From NCBI GenBank assembly GCA_000934665.2, contig JYFJ02000689.1:62001-115646 (forward strand): a stretch of 53,646 bases of DNA, in the 5' to 3' direction. The position numbers were made by a program, and so were the translations under genes. How positions within the stretch are numbered: the first letter of the stretch is position 1; every line of letters begins with the position of its first letter. A model generated the notes under the pieces. The model had not been told where the DNA came from. It searched no databases and worked only from the letters and a program-made list of their open reading frames with translations. Below are positions 23,584 to 34,969 of this stretch, piece after piece. This stretch comes from Catajapyx aquilonaris (taxonomy: Eukaryota).

Positions 23584-24281
23584 GTGCCAAGAAATTAAGG
23601 AGCTGAATCTGAATGTGTTCACCGCATATGATACACCCCATCCCTTGGATGCGTTTGCACAAAGTCCAAAGCTTGAGAAGATCACTCTAAATTTTGATAA
23701 TGACAGATCCTTCCCTCTTGACCATTCCATCAAAAAGAATTGGCCTAAACTGACTGAGGTTGAACTGGGTTCCGGTATGATGTGTGACCAAGAATTACGG
23801 GCTGTGTGTGCTGGTGCTGCAGGACATCTCAGGAAACTCATAATTGGTCCCTTGCGTCATGCCGAGCCATGCGAGCTTCTCAACGAGTGCTGTCAACTGG
23901 AAGACTTGGAACTGGAACTTAGCTGTGATGTTTTCATGAGAAATCTGGAGATGAGTGTCAGCCAGTTGAGAAATCTCCGCCGCCTGGCAGTGAGAAGCTA
24001 TGACGAGGTCACAGCGGATAGAATCATCTCGTTTTTCTCGGCCCAACTAGTGGTTGAAAAACTGGAGCATCTCAAACTGGACGGTTTCAATGGCCTAGAT
24101 GACCCCTGCCTTTCTGTCATTGCTTCCAACTGTCCCCAGCTGGCCAGCATTTCCTTGGGCGCCTGTCCCAAAGTCACCAAGGACGGACCTACTGCTCAGC
24201 CTCTTTTCTAAATGCAAAAAACTCATGTCGGTTGAATTAAATTCAGATCGGTACACTTCACCGAGCCAAATTACAGAGTAA
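23584..24281 (+). pseudogene. F-box/LRR (cysteine-containing LRR)-like fragment, frameshifted near 24188
   Basis: Repeats such as CCQLEDLELE, LRNLRRLAV and LEHLKLDGFNGLDDPCLSVIASNCPQLASISLGACPKVT continue in another frame as LLLSLFSKCKKLMSVEL. Acceptor ttgacag at 23583, but no upstream exon or F-box seen. Confidence 0.6.
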
Positions 24282-26077
24282 GATCGATAAAGCCCTCTTC
24301 CCACGAGTTGTCTCAGGAAAGGTCAGTGAAAATGTAGTCTTGAAAAGGCAAGGCATGTTTTGTACAAGGTTTTTTTTTTTTTCCAGTTGTAGTTTGCAGT
24401 TATGGTTTTTTTGATCGAGGTTATTACTCTTACTTAACTTTTGTGTAAGATGTAAGCAGTTGTAGTGTCTATGCTGTTTTCTTTACATACAAAAATTATT
24501 ATTAAAAAGCACATAGCATGAACATAAAATATCCCTGCCTGCCTGCAATGTGCCTTACATATGAACCTCTGCTGGGACCGGTTGAGTTTGTAAGGACTGT
24601 CAATAAAGATTCTTTTGTTCTAATTTAATAACTAATTTAATTAACTGGGTGACAGTGCAATGAGGACACAGGTTAACACTTTTATAGAGAATCAAATTAA
24701 CGGCCTGGCTCAAACTATAACTTGCAGAACACCGGTAACAGTGAGAGATTACTTCAATCACTTCTGCAGTAACATTTTAGCGGAGTCCACCGTGCTTGTC
24801 TTCGCCATTTGCTGCCTTCCTCCTCAGCTGGTTACTCGTCTTTACAGCTTCAGTCGTAGGGCAACTTCACCTCCGCCGAAGCATTCTCCTAAAATGCATT
24901 AATGTATTGGAGATTATGCAACCAGCCGTACCTGTCGCTGTAATTAGCAATTGCGGTGTAGTCCCATCCACAGGCCTCCATCGCCTTCGTACTCTTGAGA
25001 GTGAGACACGGCAGCTCTCCTGCACCACAATCACTCTCTTATTCTGCTTCTAAACTACCGCGCACCAACTTCTTACTGTTAGTGTCACTCAAGCAGAAGT
25101 TCCAAACAACCCCAAATATCCGTAGCGACCATCATCAACAAGAAAGATACCAACAGAATGATGAGAATGCAGAACTCTTTATTATCCAACAACATATCTG
25201 GGTAACGGTGCAATCATGACACTGTTGGGATAATAATAATAATTTAAAATTAGACCAAAATTAACTGCAAAAGTAAACTGGGGATTTACTGTATTACATT
25301 CGCCTTCGAAGCATTCTGGTGCCTCCTCCTTGAGACGCAGCCGCCATGTCTCCTCCACCGTCACGTCTCCTTCCTCCAGCTCCTCCTCCTCCTCCTTGAC
25401 CCCCAACGAGGTCATGGCCCTGCAGGTCACCCAATCACCTCAATCCACGTCCCAACCTTGGAGGGTCGGCCAAGAGGAACATTCGGATGTGCCTGCCGCA
25501 CACTTCACAACAAAAGGCCTGCCCTTCCACCCTCACACCTGAGCCCTCCTTCCCCGTACTGAGCATGCCCTGCACATCAAACCCTAGTTACCTGCACTCC
25601 TCCCAGGGTAATTACACGTCTAATTAAACGTCATACACTGTTTGGAAGTTTATGAAGTTCAGAAATTTCAGAACAATCTGTGCCATCTTGGAATATGAAC
25701 AAGTGACGGTCGTCCAATGGTGCGAACACAAAAATCTGTTATCATAATCAGCCTGTTAAATAAACGTTAATTATAATATTAAATGTCTCCACTTTAATTA
25801 CATGCTATGAACGTCTGTTTTTTTTTCTTTTTTAAAAAAACACTGAATGTTATTTATCTAAGGATTTGAACCCGGGATATTCAAACAAAGAACTTGTGAT
25901 TTTTTTTAAAAATTTTTATTTTAATCAACTTTTTCTATTAACCTTTTTTTTTTTTAAAAAAAAAAAGTTGTAATATTAAAGATACAAAAAATACATTAGA
26001 ATAAAAAAGAGAACGATGAAATTCACGCTAAGGAAAACAAAAAGTAAGCATGTCGCGACACCATCTACGGTTACTTT

Positions 26078-29000
26078 TTAAAGGTAGTCGGACAGGTTAG
26101 CAGGTACACTTGTTACGATTGGGGCCGTGGGGAGGCGGTTGTCAGTCGATCTGAAGGAGAGTCGGACTTCAGATGGGGTCGGAAGAGGCGGTCTGTAGTG
26201 CCACAAGGGCCTCTTCTTCAGAGGCTTAATATCTTCACCAGCCTCCTCAACAAGCGAGGGATCTACGCCTTCCATCCCGAGATGGAGGGACAGGTCATCT
26301 CTGGGGTACATGGCCCACAACCTTGCTAAGCGACGATACTCTGCTGTCTCCAGTTGTTCTTGCTGAGGCTTAGTGTACCTGGAGAGAGAAAAACAATAAG
26401 TACGTAGCGTAGATACCTCACAGTAGTTACTCACAACTTCAGGAGAAGCGAAGAGCAGACCACCGTAACCGAGCTGAGGGCCATTGCTGCTGAGGCCATC
26501 CACGGCTGAATGAAATTAAGCCGGTCACAATATTGATAACTATTCAGTATTCAGAGAGTAAATATTAACACTCACTTGTAGATATATATTCCACGGAGCA
26601 AACACACCTGCCGCTAGCGGTATTCCGATGAGGTTATAGAAGCTAGCGAACACAAAGTTCATCCGGACACGCCGCACCGTAATGCGGGATAGATCCAGGC
26701 AGGCCACCACGTCCAGCAGGTCGTTCTGCAGGTTTAAATTTGTTGTAGCCTCCGCATATGTCGGTACGTAACGACTACTCACCCTGACGAGTACGACATC
26801 CGCAGCCTCGATAGCAATGTCAGTCCCAGATGAAATGGCAATCCCGACGTCGGCTTGTGCCAGTGCTGGTGAGTCGTTCACTCCGTCTCCGATCATAGCC
26901 ACTCGCTGTCCGGTACTCTGAATCTCCCGTATCTTAGCCACCTTATGAGCCGGCAGGACTTCTGCATACACTCGGCTAATCCCCACCTGCTTGGCGATTG
27001 CGGCTGCGGTCTTACGGTTGTCCCCTGTGAGAAGCACGACCCCAAGACCCATCTTTTTGAGCGTAAAGATGGCCAGCTGAGCCTCGGGTTTCACTTTATC
27101 AGCCACGGACAGCATTGCCACCAAGCGATACTCGATTGCGCAGAGGACCACCGTCTGCCCCTGCTCTTCCATCTCTATCATGCGGCGGTTAGCTTCAGCC
27201 GGGACGTTAATCCCGTGATTCTCCATCCAAGCGCGGTTTCCTATCACAACCTTTCAGTCGGAAAGAAAAAAAGTGGATAAATCTCAGCACGGTATCAGAA
27301 GCAGGTAGTACGCACATTGTACCCGGACGATGCGGATGACTGGGTATTAGTCGAATCCATTGGCAAGAAAGTGTCAATGTCCACTCCCCCGATGATAATC
27401 GATTCAAAGGACCTTCCAGCCCCCTTCCTGTTGGCTGACTGATTGTTGTAGGGCACGAGACGGCTGGATTTCCCGGCAGCCTGTAGCATCTGGTCTATCC
27501 TGGACACCTGGCACTTCAGCCCGCAGCCAGGAACGGCTTGGAAATCGTGGCAAACCCCGCTGATTTCAGTCTGCAGTGTGTCCTTGGCGTAGCGGACTAT
27601 GGCCGATGCTATTGGGTGCTCGCTGTAGGCCTCGGCAGTTCCGGCTATGCACAAGAGCTTTGGAAGGGAGCACATGGACTCGTTGACGAACAAGCAGATC
27701 CGGGTCAGGCTTGGTACGCCGTACGTAATTGTGCCAGTCTTGTCGAACACAACGCTCTTAACCTGCCGAATATTTCATATGTAATTTTGTACAACATTGC
27801 GGTTGAATCTACTTACTTTATGGGCATTCTCAAGCGCTTCGGCACCCTTGATGAGTATGCCGTTGGAGGCTCCAACGCCAGTTCCGACCATTACGGCTGT
27901 GGGTGTGGCCAGCCCCAAGGCGCAGGGGCAAGCGATGGATAAGACGGTTATGGCGTATCGGAAGGCACGTTGAAAGATGATCTCATGGTCGTTGAAGTAG
28001 TCCAGTTCCGTCTCCTAAAAGATCCTCAAGGTGAAATGACGCCGATTGACAGTTTCAACAAATACTTACGGTAGGGCTGAGGTAACACAAGCTCACGTAA
28101 CCAAGCACAGTCCACACAAGCAGAGTCCCTAATGATAAGCCGATCACAATTGGGACAAAGTATCCGGCCACCGTGTCCGCCAGTTTCTGTATGGGCGCCT
28201 TGATGGCCTGAGCGTTTTCCATCAACTTTACTATCTGGGCCAGTGTTGTCTCCTCTCCGATGTGGGTTGCCTCAATTATCACGACGCCACACTGGTTGAT
28301 GGTTCCGCCTATGACCACTGACCCTGGTGCGCAAATTGGGGCAAATAATTAGAAAAGAATAACGTAACATTGATAATAAACAAACCTCACCGACTTTCTT
28401 CGGCACTGGCATCGACTCTCCAGTGATAAGTGACTCGTCGCAAGTCGAATTTCCATGCAGAACTTTGCCGTCCACAGGTACTTTAGACCCGGGCATGACC
28501 TGAAACAACTTAATTAATTTCACGTACAGGTAAGTCTTAATGTACCCACCTTAAGGAAGTCTCCACGCTGCACAAGCTCAACTGATATTTGCTGCTCGCT
28601 TAATATCTCGAATGCTCCGCCGACTTGTACGAGTATGGCTTCAGTCGGCTGGAGGGACAGGAGTTTGGCCAATGCCTCGGACGTCTTGCGCTGTATTTCA
28701 AGCGAGAATTATTTACGCAACAATGACGCTATGCATTACCGACCTTTGCAACATTTTCCATCCACCTTCCGAGCGAAATGAAGATCAGCAGCATGGGTGG
28801 CGTGTCGAAAAACGTCATGGGACTAGGCATTAACTGCATGATCATTGCCGCTATCAGGACACACACGGAATACACGTAGGACACGGTAGTGGCCAGCATC
28901 ACTAGGACGTCCATGTTCAGCGCATTATGCTTCAAGCCAATGTATGCCGCTATGTAAAAGTGACGCCCACCGATGAACTGCAAAAAAGTGAAGAGTGAAT

Positions 29001-29987
29001 TGTTTCAATCGCATGTTACTATCTCGGAAGGATCTCACCTGCACCGGTGTTGAGAGCAGGAAGAGAAGAAGATTTTCCAGCGACAAACCCAGCATGATGC
29101 AGTACGGCAATTTGCAGTGTTTTGCGTGACGTTCTGACTTGGGCGCAATGTACATGAAGTACGCCATGACGGCCATGCAGGGGATGCCAAACACTAGCGA
29201 TACGAAGAAGGCGTATTTCCACTTCTGGATTTCCTCGTGGTGGTCCAAGTAGGTCGAGTCGCGAGGTCCACCTGTCATTATCTCCACTTGGAAACCTAGG
29301 TTCTGAAAAAACAGGATCTGTACAAATATATTCACATTGATTATGATAAGATGCACTGACCTCTATTGTGTTAAGAATGTCCCGGGTTCCTGTTATGTCC
29401 GGATCAAACTTGAACAGGCCGATCTCTGTGGCAAGTGCGACCGATGCGTAATTCACACCAGGGATTTTCTTCACGTGGGATTCGATGTTCCTGACACAAG
29501 AGGCGCATGACATTCCCTTGATCTGAAGCTCCACTTCGCCTTCGCCTCTTGGAGGATAGTTCTCAGCATCAGCAGGGAATCCCAGGTCGGTTATGGAGGA
29601 AGCTATCCTGGCCGCAGAGGTCTTGTTGGGGTCGAAGTGGACCTCCGCAGTGGCTGCCACGAGAGCTACCGACGCACTCTCCACTCCGTCGATTCTTCGG
29701 GCATGTTTCTCGATAGCAGACACACAAGAAACGCATGTCATCCCCTTAAGCCGCAGAACACACTTTTGGAGTTCGGAATCCACTGCATCCTCGATTTCCG
29801 CAGAGGATCCAGATCTAACTGCACCTTCCCCGGATTGCAGCACATCTGCGACACCTTGTTTGCTTCCCATTGACACTTGCTTATTGGCACAATTGTTGCA
29901 CCTTGTGCCTTCAACGTGAAGCATGGATTCCGCCACATCCCCCTCATGTCCAGGCCTTGTTGGTTCATTTGTTTCACTACAACTCAT
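26078..29987 (-). CDS. ATP7: Copper-transporting P1B-type ATPase (ATP7-like), ~12 exons, intact frame; 2 complete plus 1 degenerate HMA domains
   Basis: GMTCVSCV and [11 protein letters not shown] motifs, [64 protein letters not shown] and MALSS transmembrane Cu ligands; all introns checked are GT-AG and in frame. Confidence 0.93.
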
Positions 29988-30060
29988 GGTCGTTGCAATA
30001 CCAAGTTGCTCAGCTTATCAAATCTGGTTCAGACTCTGTGTTCGCACTGGTTGCAGGCAG

Positions 30061-30340
30061 GTCAATGCGATAGCGCTCGTCTAATTATTACCCCATGCTC
30101 ATGTCTGCCGTCCAGGTGTCTGCGGACAAACAACATTCCATTAATAATTCGCTAGCCCTGCATTAATATTACTGACCTGCCTTCTCCAGCAGGCCTCCCT
30201 TCCCTTGCGATGAGTCTATCGGCCAAGGTGGTCTTCCCATGATCCATATGGCCTGATATGCTGTGCTCATCACTGTGGTTAAGCTACAAGACACACGGTT
30301 TCTCCGCTGTCATCAGCCGCACCATCCAGGTCACCAACTC
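30061..30340 (-). pseudogene. Decayed duplicate of EFL1 coding exons 1-2 with retained intron (30120-30176)
   Basis: [61 protein letters not shown] aligns to EFL1 [63 protein letters not shown]; same phase-2 intron starting GTCAGTAAT. Confidence 0.85.
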
Positions 30341-30828
30341 TGAAGAAAACAATGTGGTAATTAACATGTCAGTATGTACTTTTGTATTGTATCTATGCCT
30401 ATTTATGTATTTTAATATGTACACTAGGCCGGCTTGGATGCACTTTAGCCCCCCGCAAAATATTGCAGGTTTCCGTACATTTCCGGCACACATTTCCTGA
30501 AGCTCCTCGTCCATGGTCTGAGTCGAATGACACTATTCCTTTGGGTGGAGAAACATTTCCTTCAAGTGTAATTGAATTATGAAATTGCAAGTAATTAACA
30601 ATGAATTATATTTAAATTGGCAAGTGTTCCATTGTTGACACTTGTGTACGTACTCCTTTTTTTTGGAGGGTTTGGGGGATACCCCCGTTGTGTTGGGGGA
30701 GGTCACCTGAACCACGACAATAATAAAACAGTTGTGCGTGTACAGTATGTACTCCAATATGACTGTGTAAGAAGATGTGTAATTATTTAGTGCTTTTTAA
30801 AAAAATGCAAAAAACATTATGAGAAACC

Positions 30829-31010
30829 GCATGCCGTGACTTTAGACGCGTGTTCTAATCCACAATAAGCAGGGGCAAAACCGGGCCTTTTCCTAATGCG
30901 GGGCTTACCTAATGAGCCACCTGGCCCCGGGGCGATGCCTAAGGGCCGTCCTGAGGGCAGGAAAAGGGTACAGGGGGCAAAACCCTGGGCAGCTCAGGGG
31001 GCGAAGAGAA
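30829..31010 (-). repeat. Third copy of the EFL1-upstream module
   Basis: gcatgccgtgactttagac (30829), ggcttacctaatg (donor ~30908) and ggccccggggcgat match the 15597-15695 copy. Confidence 0.7.
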
Positions 31011-31483
31011 TCAGACGAGTGAAGAACGTTCGAACATGTTGCGCCCAACTGGTCACAAACCGACAACACTTTTTTAATTCCATTTGCTGCACATGAAAGG
31101 CCACCATAAATTATTATCTAACCATATGACTCAAAATATTTGTTAATAAAATATTTTATATTTAATTTATTTATTTATTTTACATGGCCCCTGGTTGGTG
31201 GTTGACATCGCAGCCTGCAGATGGCAGGGGGAAGTCGGGCGCAGGTGTCGCCATCTGTCGGGCATATTCCCTACTCTTGAGGGCGGGCGGCCGGTTTCGG
31301 TGGGAAATATGAAAGCCATGATGGTTGCTGCACAGTATTCTATAGTGTATGTTAACTCAAAGAATGACACTTCGTCAAGAAACCGTGAAGGCATTCGAAT
31401 TTGGCTGGCAGCAGTATCAAAGCACCCAATTGTTTGCGACGCAACATTGCCAACCGTCCGTCGTCGGGAGGCCAAGGTCAAGA

Positions 31484-31855
31484 GGCTCGATCTAGGCCCA
31501 CAGGATGACCCAAAAGTCTGTAGTATACAATCATACGAACTGCAGGTAATAATATCATAAACATTGTTAGTTTCCAGGTACACATTATTGCCACATGAAC
31601 CGGATGAACGGTGTTAACCTACCCTTGGGTTCTGGTGCTGGATAAGCGGAGCCGGAGTAGAAGAGTTGGTGGAGGTTTCACATAGGATGAATTCAGCAGA
31701 GTATAAGTCTGTTCTTGAAGAATCCATGCTTCCATCAGTACGTGCCGTATACCCATCAGAGGAGATGCCAATCATTCATTTTGTTCAAGACAACTCGTCG
31801 GTGCACACCTCGCGAGAAACATCCCAATGGTTCAAGGAACACCCCGATATCGTAC
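31484..31855 (+). mobile_element. Tc1/mariner transposase fragment (duplicated at 36657-36950)
   Basis: [55 protein letters not shown], a Tc1 DDE second-Asp region. Confidence 0.8.
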
Positions 31856-31869
31856 CCTCTCCATGTCCA

Positions 31870-32080
31870 CGTGTGGAAAGGTCTGCAGTGGCCATTATTC
31901 GACCACCTGGCCATGGGGGTTTTGTTTCTTGAACAATGTGGTCACAGCTGCAAAGTATGCTCTTCAAATCATCACATGCATGCTGCTAAGCGTGTCTTGA
32001 TTGTTGACTGGGATGTTCATCATGGAAATGGGGCACAGCGCGTGTTTGTGCTTTATATGTCAGTACATCGATATGACGAT
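31870..32080 (+). pseudogene. Class II histone deacetylase (HDAC6/10-like) catalytic-domain fragment with small deletions and frameshifts
   Basis: [11 protein letters not shown] / [17 protein letters not shown] / [20 protein letters not shown] / [10 protein letters not shown]. Confidence 0.8.
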
Positions 32081-32149
32081 AGGACAATGATCGTGGCGGA
32101 AGCACTACCACCAGCCCAGCCTACAGCACCTACTGGACCAAGGAGGGGC

Positions 32150-32485
32150 CACCACGTGATTGCCTCTGCCACCGTCCAAACCTCAATATACGGAAAGAGC
32201 TGGACAGCCCTGCTGGATGGGGGAGCTGTCTCTTCCGCCATCGACCGACGAGTCTGGATGGCCATACCCGACCTCTCTCACAACCATTCCTGCTCCCGGT
32301 ACGACGCCGCATCAAATTGCCAAATCAACTGACTGTGAGTGTCGTCCCTCTCGGACGCGTGACCTTGCCGATTCAGCTGGGAGTTTTGGTAGTATGGAGG
32401 CCCTTTCTCGTCGTGGAGGACTTGATCGTCCTCATAGTCATCGCCATGGACATTTATGCAGCTTATGGTTGCATCATCGATGGAT
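32150..32485 (+). mobile_element. LTR-retrotransposon aspartic protease remnant
   Basis: [15 protein letters not shown] ... PLGRVTLPIQLG...FLVVEDL..IVIAMD...YGCIID. Confidence 0.6.
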
Positions 32486-32669
32486 TGCTCCAGCCTGCTG
32501 TTTTCCGGCACCGTCGTATGGAACGAGAAAGACGTGCCCACTCCACATCCCTTCAGAATATACCATTCCGCATGTTTGAGAAGATACCCGTCCCATTCGA
32601 GGCCTTCTTTCTTCGGAGAATATCCGTAGAAGGGGTCACTCCCAATGTGACAGAGCTCCAGATGACTGG

Positions 32670-33135
32670 TATGTACAAGAGGCAGGAAGAGCTGGAAGCC
32701 AAGCTGGTAGCCCTCGAGAACCAATCCAGACGGAACAATTTAGTCTTTTTTGGTATTCCGGACGTTGAGCAAGAACAGTGGTTCGATACCGAAGAGAAAG
32801 TGAGGCTTCTGATCCAAGAAAAGAAGCTACATTTGGACCCCGCATCCATTGAAATTGAAAGAGCCCGTAGGTTAGGCAAGGTGACGGGTCACCGGCCGAT
32901 TGTGGTAAAATCCCTTCGTTTTGGAGACAGGGAAGAGGTAAAGTCGGGTAAAGTCCAACGCCCGAAACCTGAAGTCAACACACTACGGGGTCAGTGAGGA
33001 CTTCGCCCTCCCCACAAGGCAGGCACGCAAGCAGCTGATGCCCTGCCAGCCCTACCTGATTCAAGCAAAGAAGGGAGATTACCGAGCTCATCTGAAAGTG
33101 GACAAACTGAGGGTGAATGGTGCATGTATCCAACA
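32670..33135 (+). mobile_element. LINE ORF1 (coiled-coil + RRM, transposase-22-like) remnant
   Basis: LEAKLVALENQSRRNNLVFFGIPD...TEEKV...IEIERARRLGK...RPIVVK. Confidence 0.8.
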
Positions 33136-33481
33136 GATAAAGGCGAAACAGCCATGTATACACTTACAATAAAATATTTATGTTGCATGATTCCAATTCA
33201 ATTTACCAATTCAATACTGCAATGATTTTGACAGATTTTTACGACACATTCAAAATGTATGGTGCACCATGCCAGTAAATCATCAACACCTATCAATTTC
33301 AGGAGTTTTATCACTGCCGAGTCTTCTTATGTTACATAATGAAGGACATTTTATAATGATGATCGCAATATCTATTTTGTATGGGATAATCATGACAACA
33401 GCATTGGTCTGATTGTCACAAAATAATTCGAGGAAATGGTGCTGTCGATTGAATATCCGTTCTGTAATGGAGTTAAATATT

Positions 33482-33736
33482 AATATTGTGAAACATGTTC
33501 ACTGAGCTTGATATTAAAGAGAGAATACCGTCCTCTGATCTGAGTATTTTCACAAAATAAATGAAAATGTTTATTATATATGAAATATTAATTTCTGGAG
33601 GATATTATTATTGGTCATAATTATGTACTACAGGCAGGTCAATTCTCTAACACCGGTTCATACTCCTTCCGTGCCTCGCATCGATGACAGGGTGGATGTT
33701 TGGAAGGATCCCGTTACTTTGACACCAAAGACCTAT
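33482..33736 (+). repeat. ~250-bp direct repeat, second copy at ~37875-38119
   Basis: tattgtgaaacatgttcactgagcttgatattaaagaga...gacaccaaagaccta is near-identical at both loci. Confidence 0.9.
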
Positions 33737-34969
33737 AACATCTGGACATTGCCAAATAGACGGCGCGGAGGTGAACAAACGACAAAACTGATTTTACAGT
33801 TGTAAAAGGTGCCAAGTTTTTAAATCGACAAGCATGCAAACATAGAGAGGCAACATGTGAAAACGACGACAGGTATGAAGACCACACCAGATATGATAAG
33901 TTCCGGCCTATGTGGGCACAAGTGCCTCAAGAGTCGAAACCTTTTGGGAAGGGAAAAATGTTAAAAAGAAGCTTAAAAAGGCTAAAGAATGAGTGGCAAC
34001 GTAATGACAAGAACTGGATTAATAATCGATCAGACCAATCAATCCAAGGTGTTTTATAAGGATTGTTATTCACGTTTTCATGTAGGCTATGTTGAAAAGG
34101 TGACAATATTGACAAAAGAGATAGAATTGAACCCATTCCAGTTCCAGGCTAGTTCCAGCTAGTTCCAGGCTAGTTCCACGCCAGTTCCAGGCTAGAAGAC
34201 TGCACTCGCTGAAGAAGTGCAGGAGAAGTCTAAGAGTGAATGTACCTGGACGAATAGTATTGTTTGATTTTCTCTTTTTGCCTCCTGAGCAAAGACATTG
34301 AGATAACAATCATACAATAGCGTCATTGCTCCCGAGTCTTGTAACATTGGTACAGCTGTATTTGAGCTAATATGTACACCCAGAGCATGTATCCATCCAA
34401 TATGGCCCCTGGGGAATGAAATCAGGACGAGAAGAAAGAATCCGTCCAATTATGAGCAGTGAATCAAATAGTAATGATTGAAGATAACTATTAACGATTA
34501 TACAGTATATTGTGACAATCTTGCAGCAAAAATATCTACTCAATAACTATTCACAGCAGAAGGCTCCTAGCCGTGAAAGGAAGAGCCGACCCAGTCTACG
34601 TAAGACTAAGAGCTGACGTGGACATTGAGTGTTTTTATTTTTACGCGCATAGTGAAGTGGAGACATTGGATGACGTCACATCGTAATGTGAGTGTGCTGT
34701 TTGGGACCTTAAAGAAAACATCGGTCCAAGATAAGAAACGATCCGCATCTGGTACAGTCTGTTCAGAGTTGGGCCCCGAGCGAATACTACTAAGTCACCG
34801 ATCACCTACTTTAGGTCTGATTGTACCGTGTCCCAAACCCAGCCTGACCTTCAAACGAATGGATGGCAGCAAGACAAGACCGTGAAGCTGCCCAGGGGTA
34901 CACCCACGACAGCCTCATCAACATCGGTTCCAGTGTCATTATCAGCGATGGCCAGTGGCAACAACTATT

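Noticed and set aside
24780..25560. GC-rich patches with short ORFs between the LRR fragment and ATP7
   Set aside because: No consistent frame or recognisable domain on either strand.
25858..25885. B-box-like GGTTCAAATCC on the - strand
   Set aside because: No cloverleaf or A-box; at most a SINE remnant.
29940..29975. PGH codons (catgtccaggc) in the ATP7 N-terminus matching EFL1 DSPGH
   Set aside because: Only an 11-nt match, and it needs a ~57-nt insertion to align; may be chance.
31200..31460. Possible minus-strand Harbinger transposase C-terminus (QTIG / AKFECLHG / LTYTIEYCAATIMA)
   Set aside because: Too degraded to call as a feature; kept only as a possible exception to the strand bias.
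34511..34910. Possible solo LTR (TGTGAC...CACGACA)
   Set aside because: No target-site duplication and no second copy seen.
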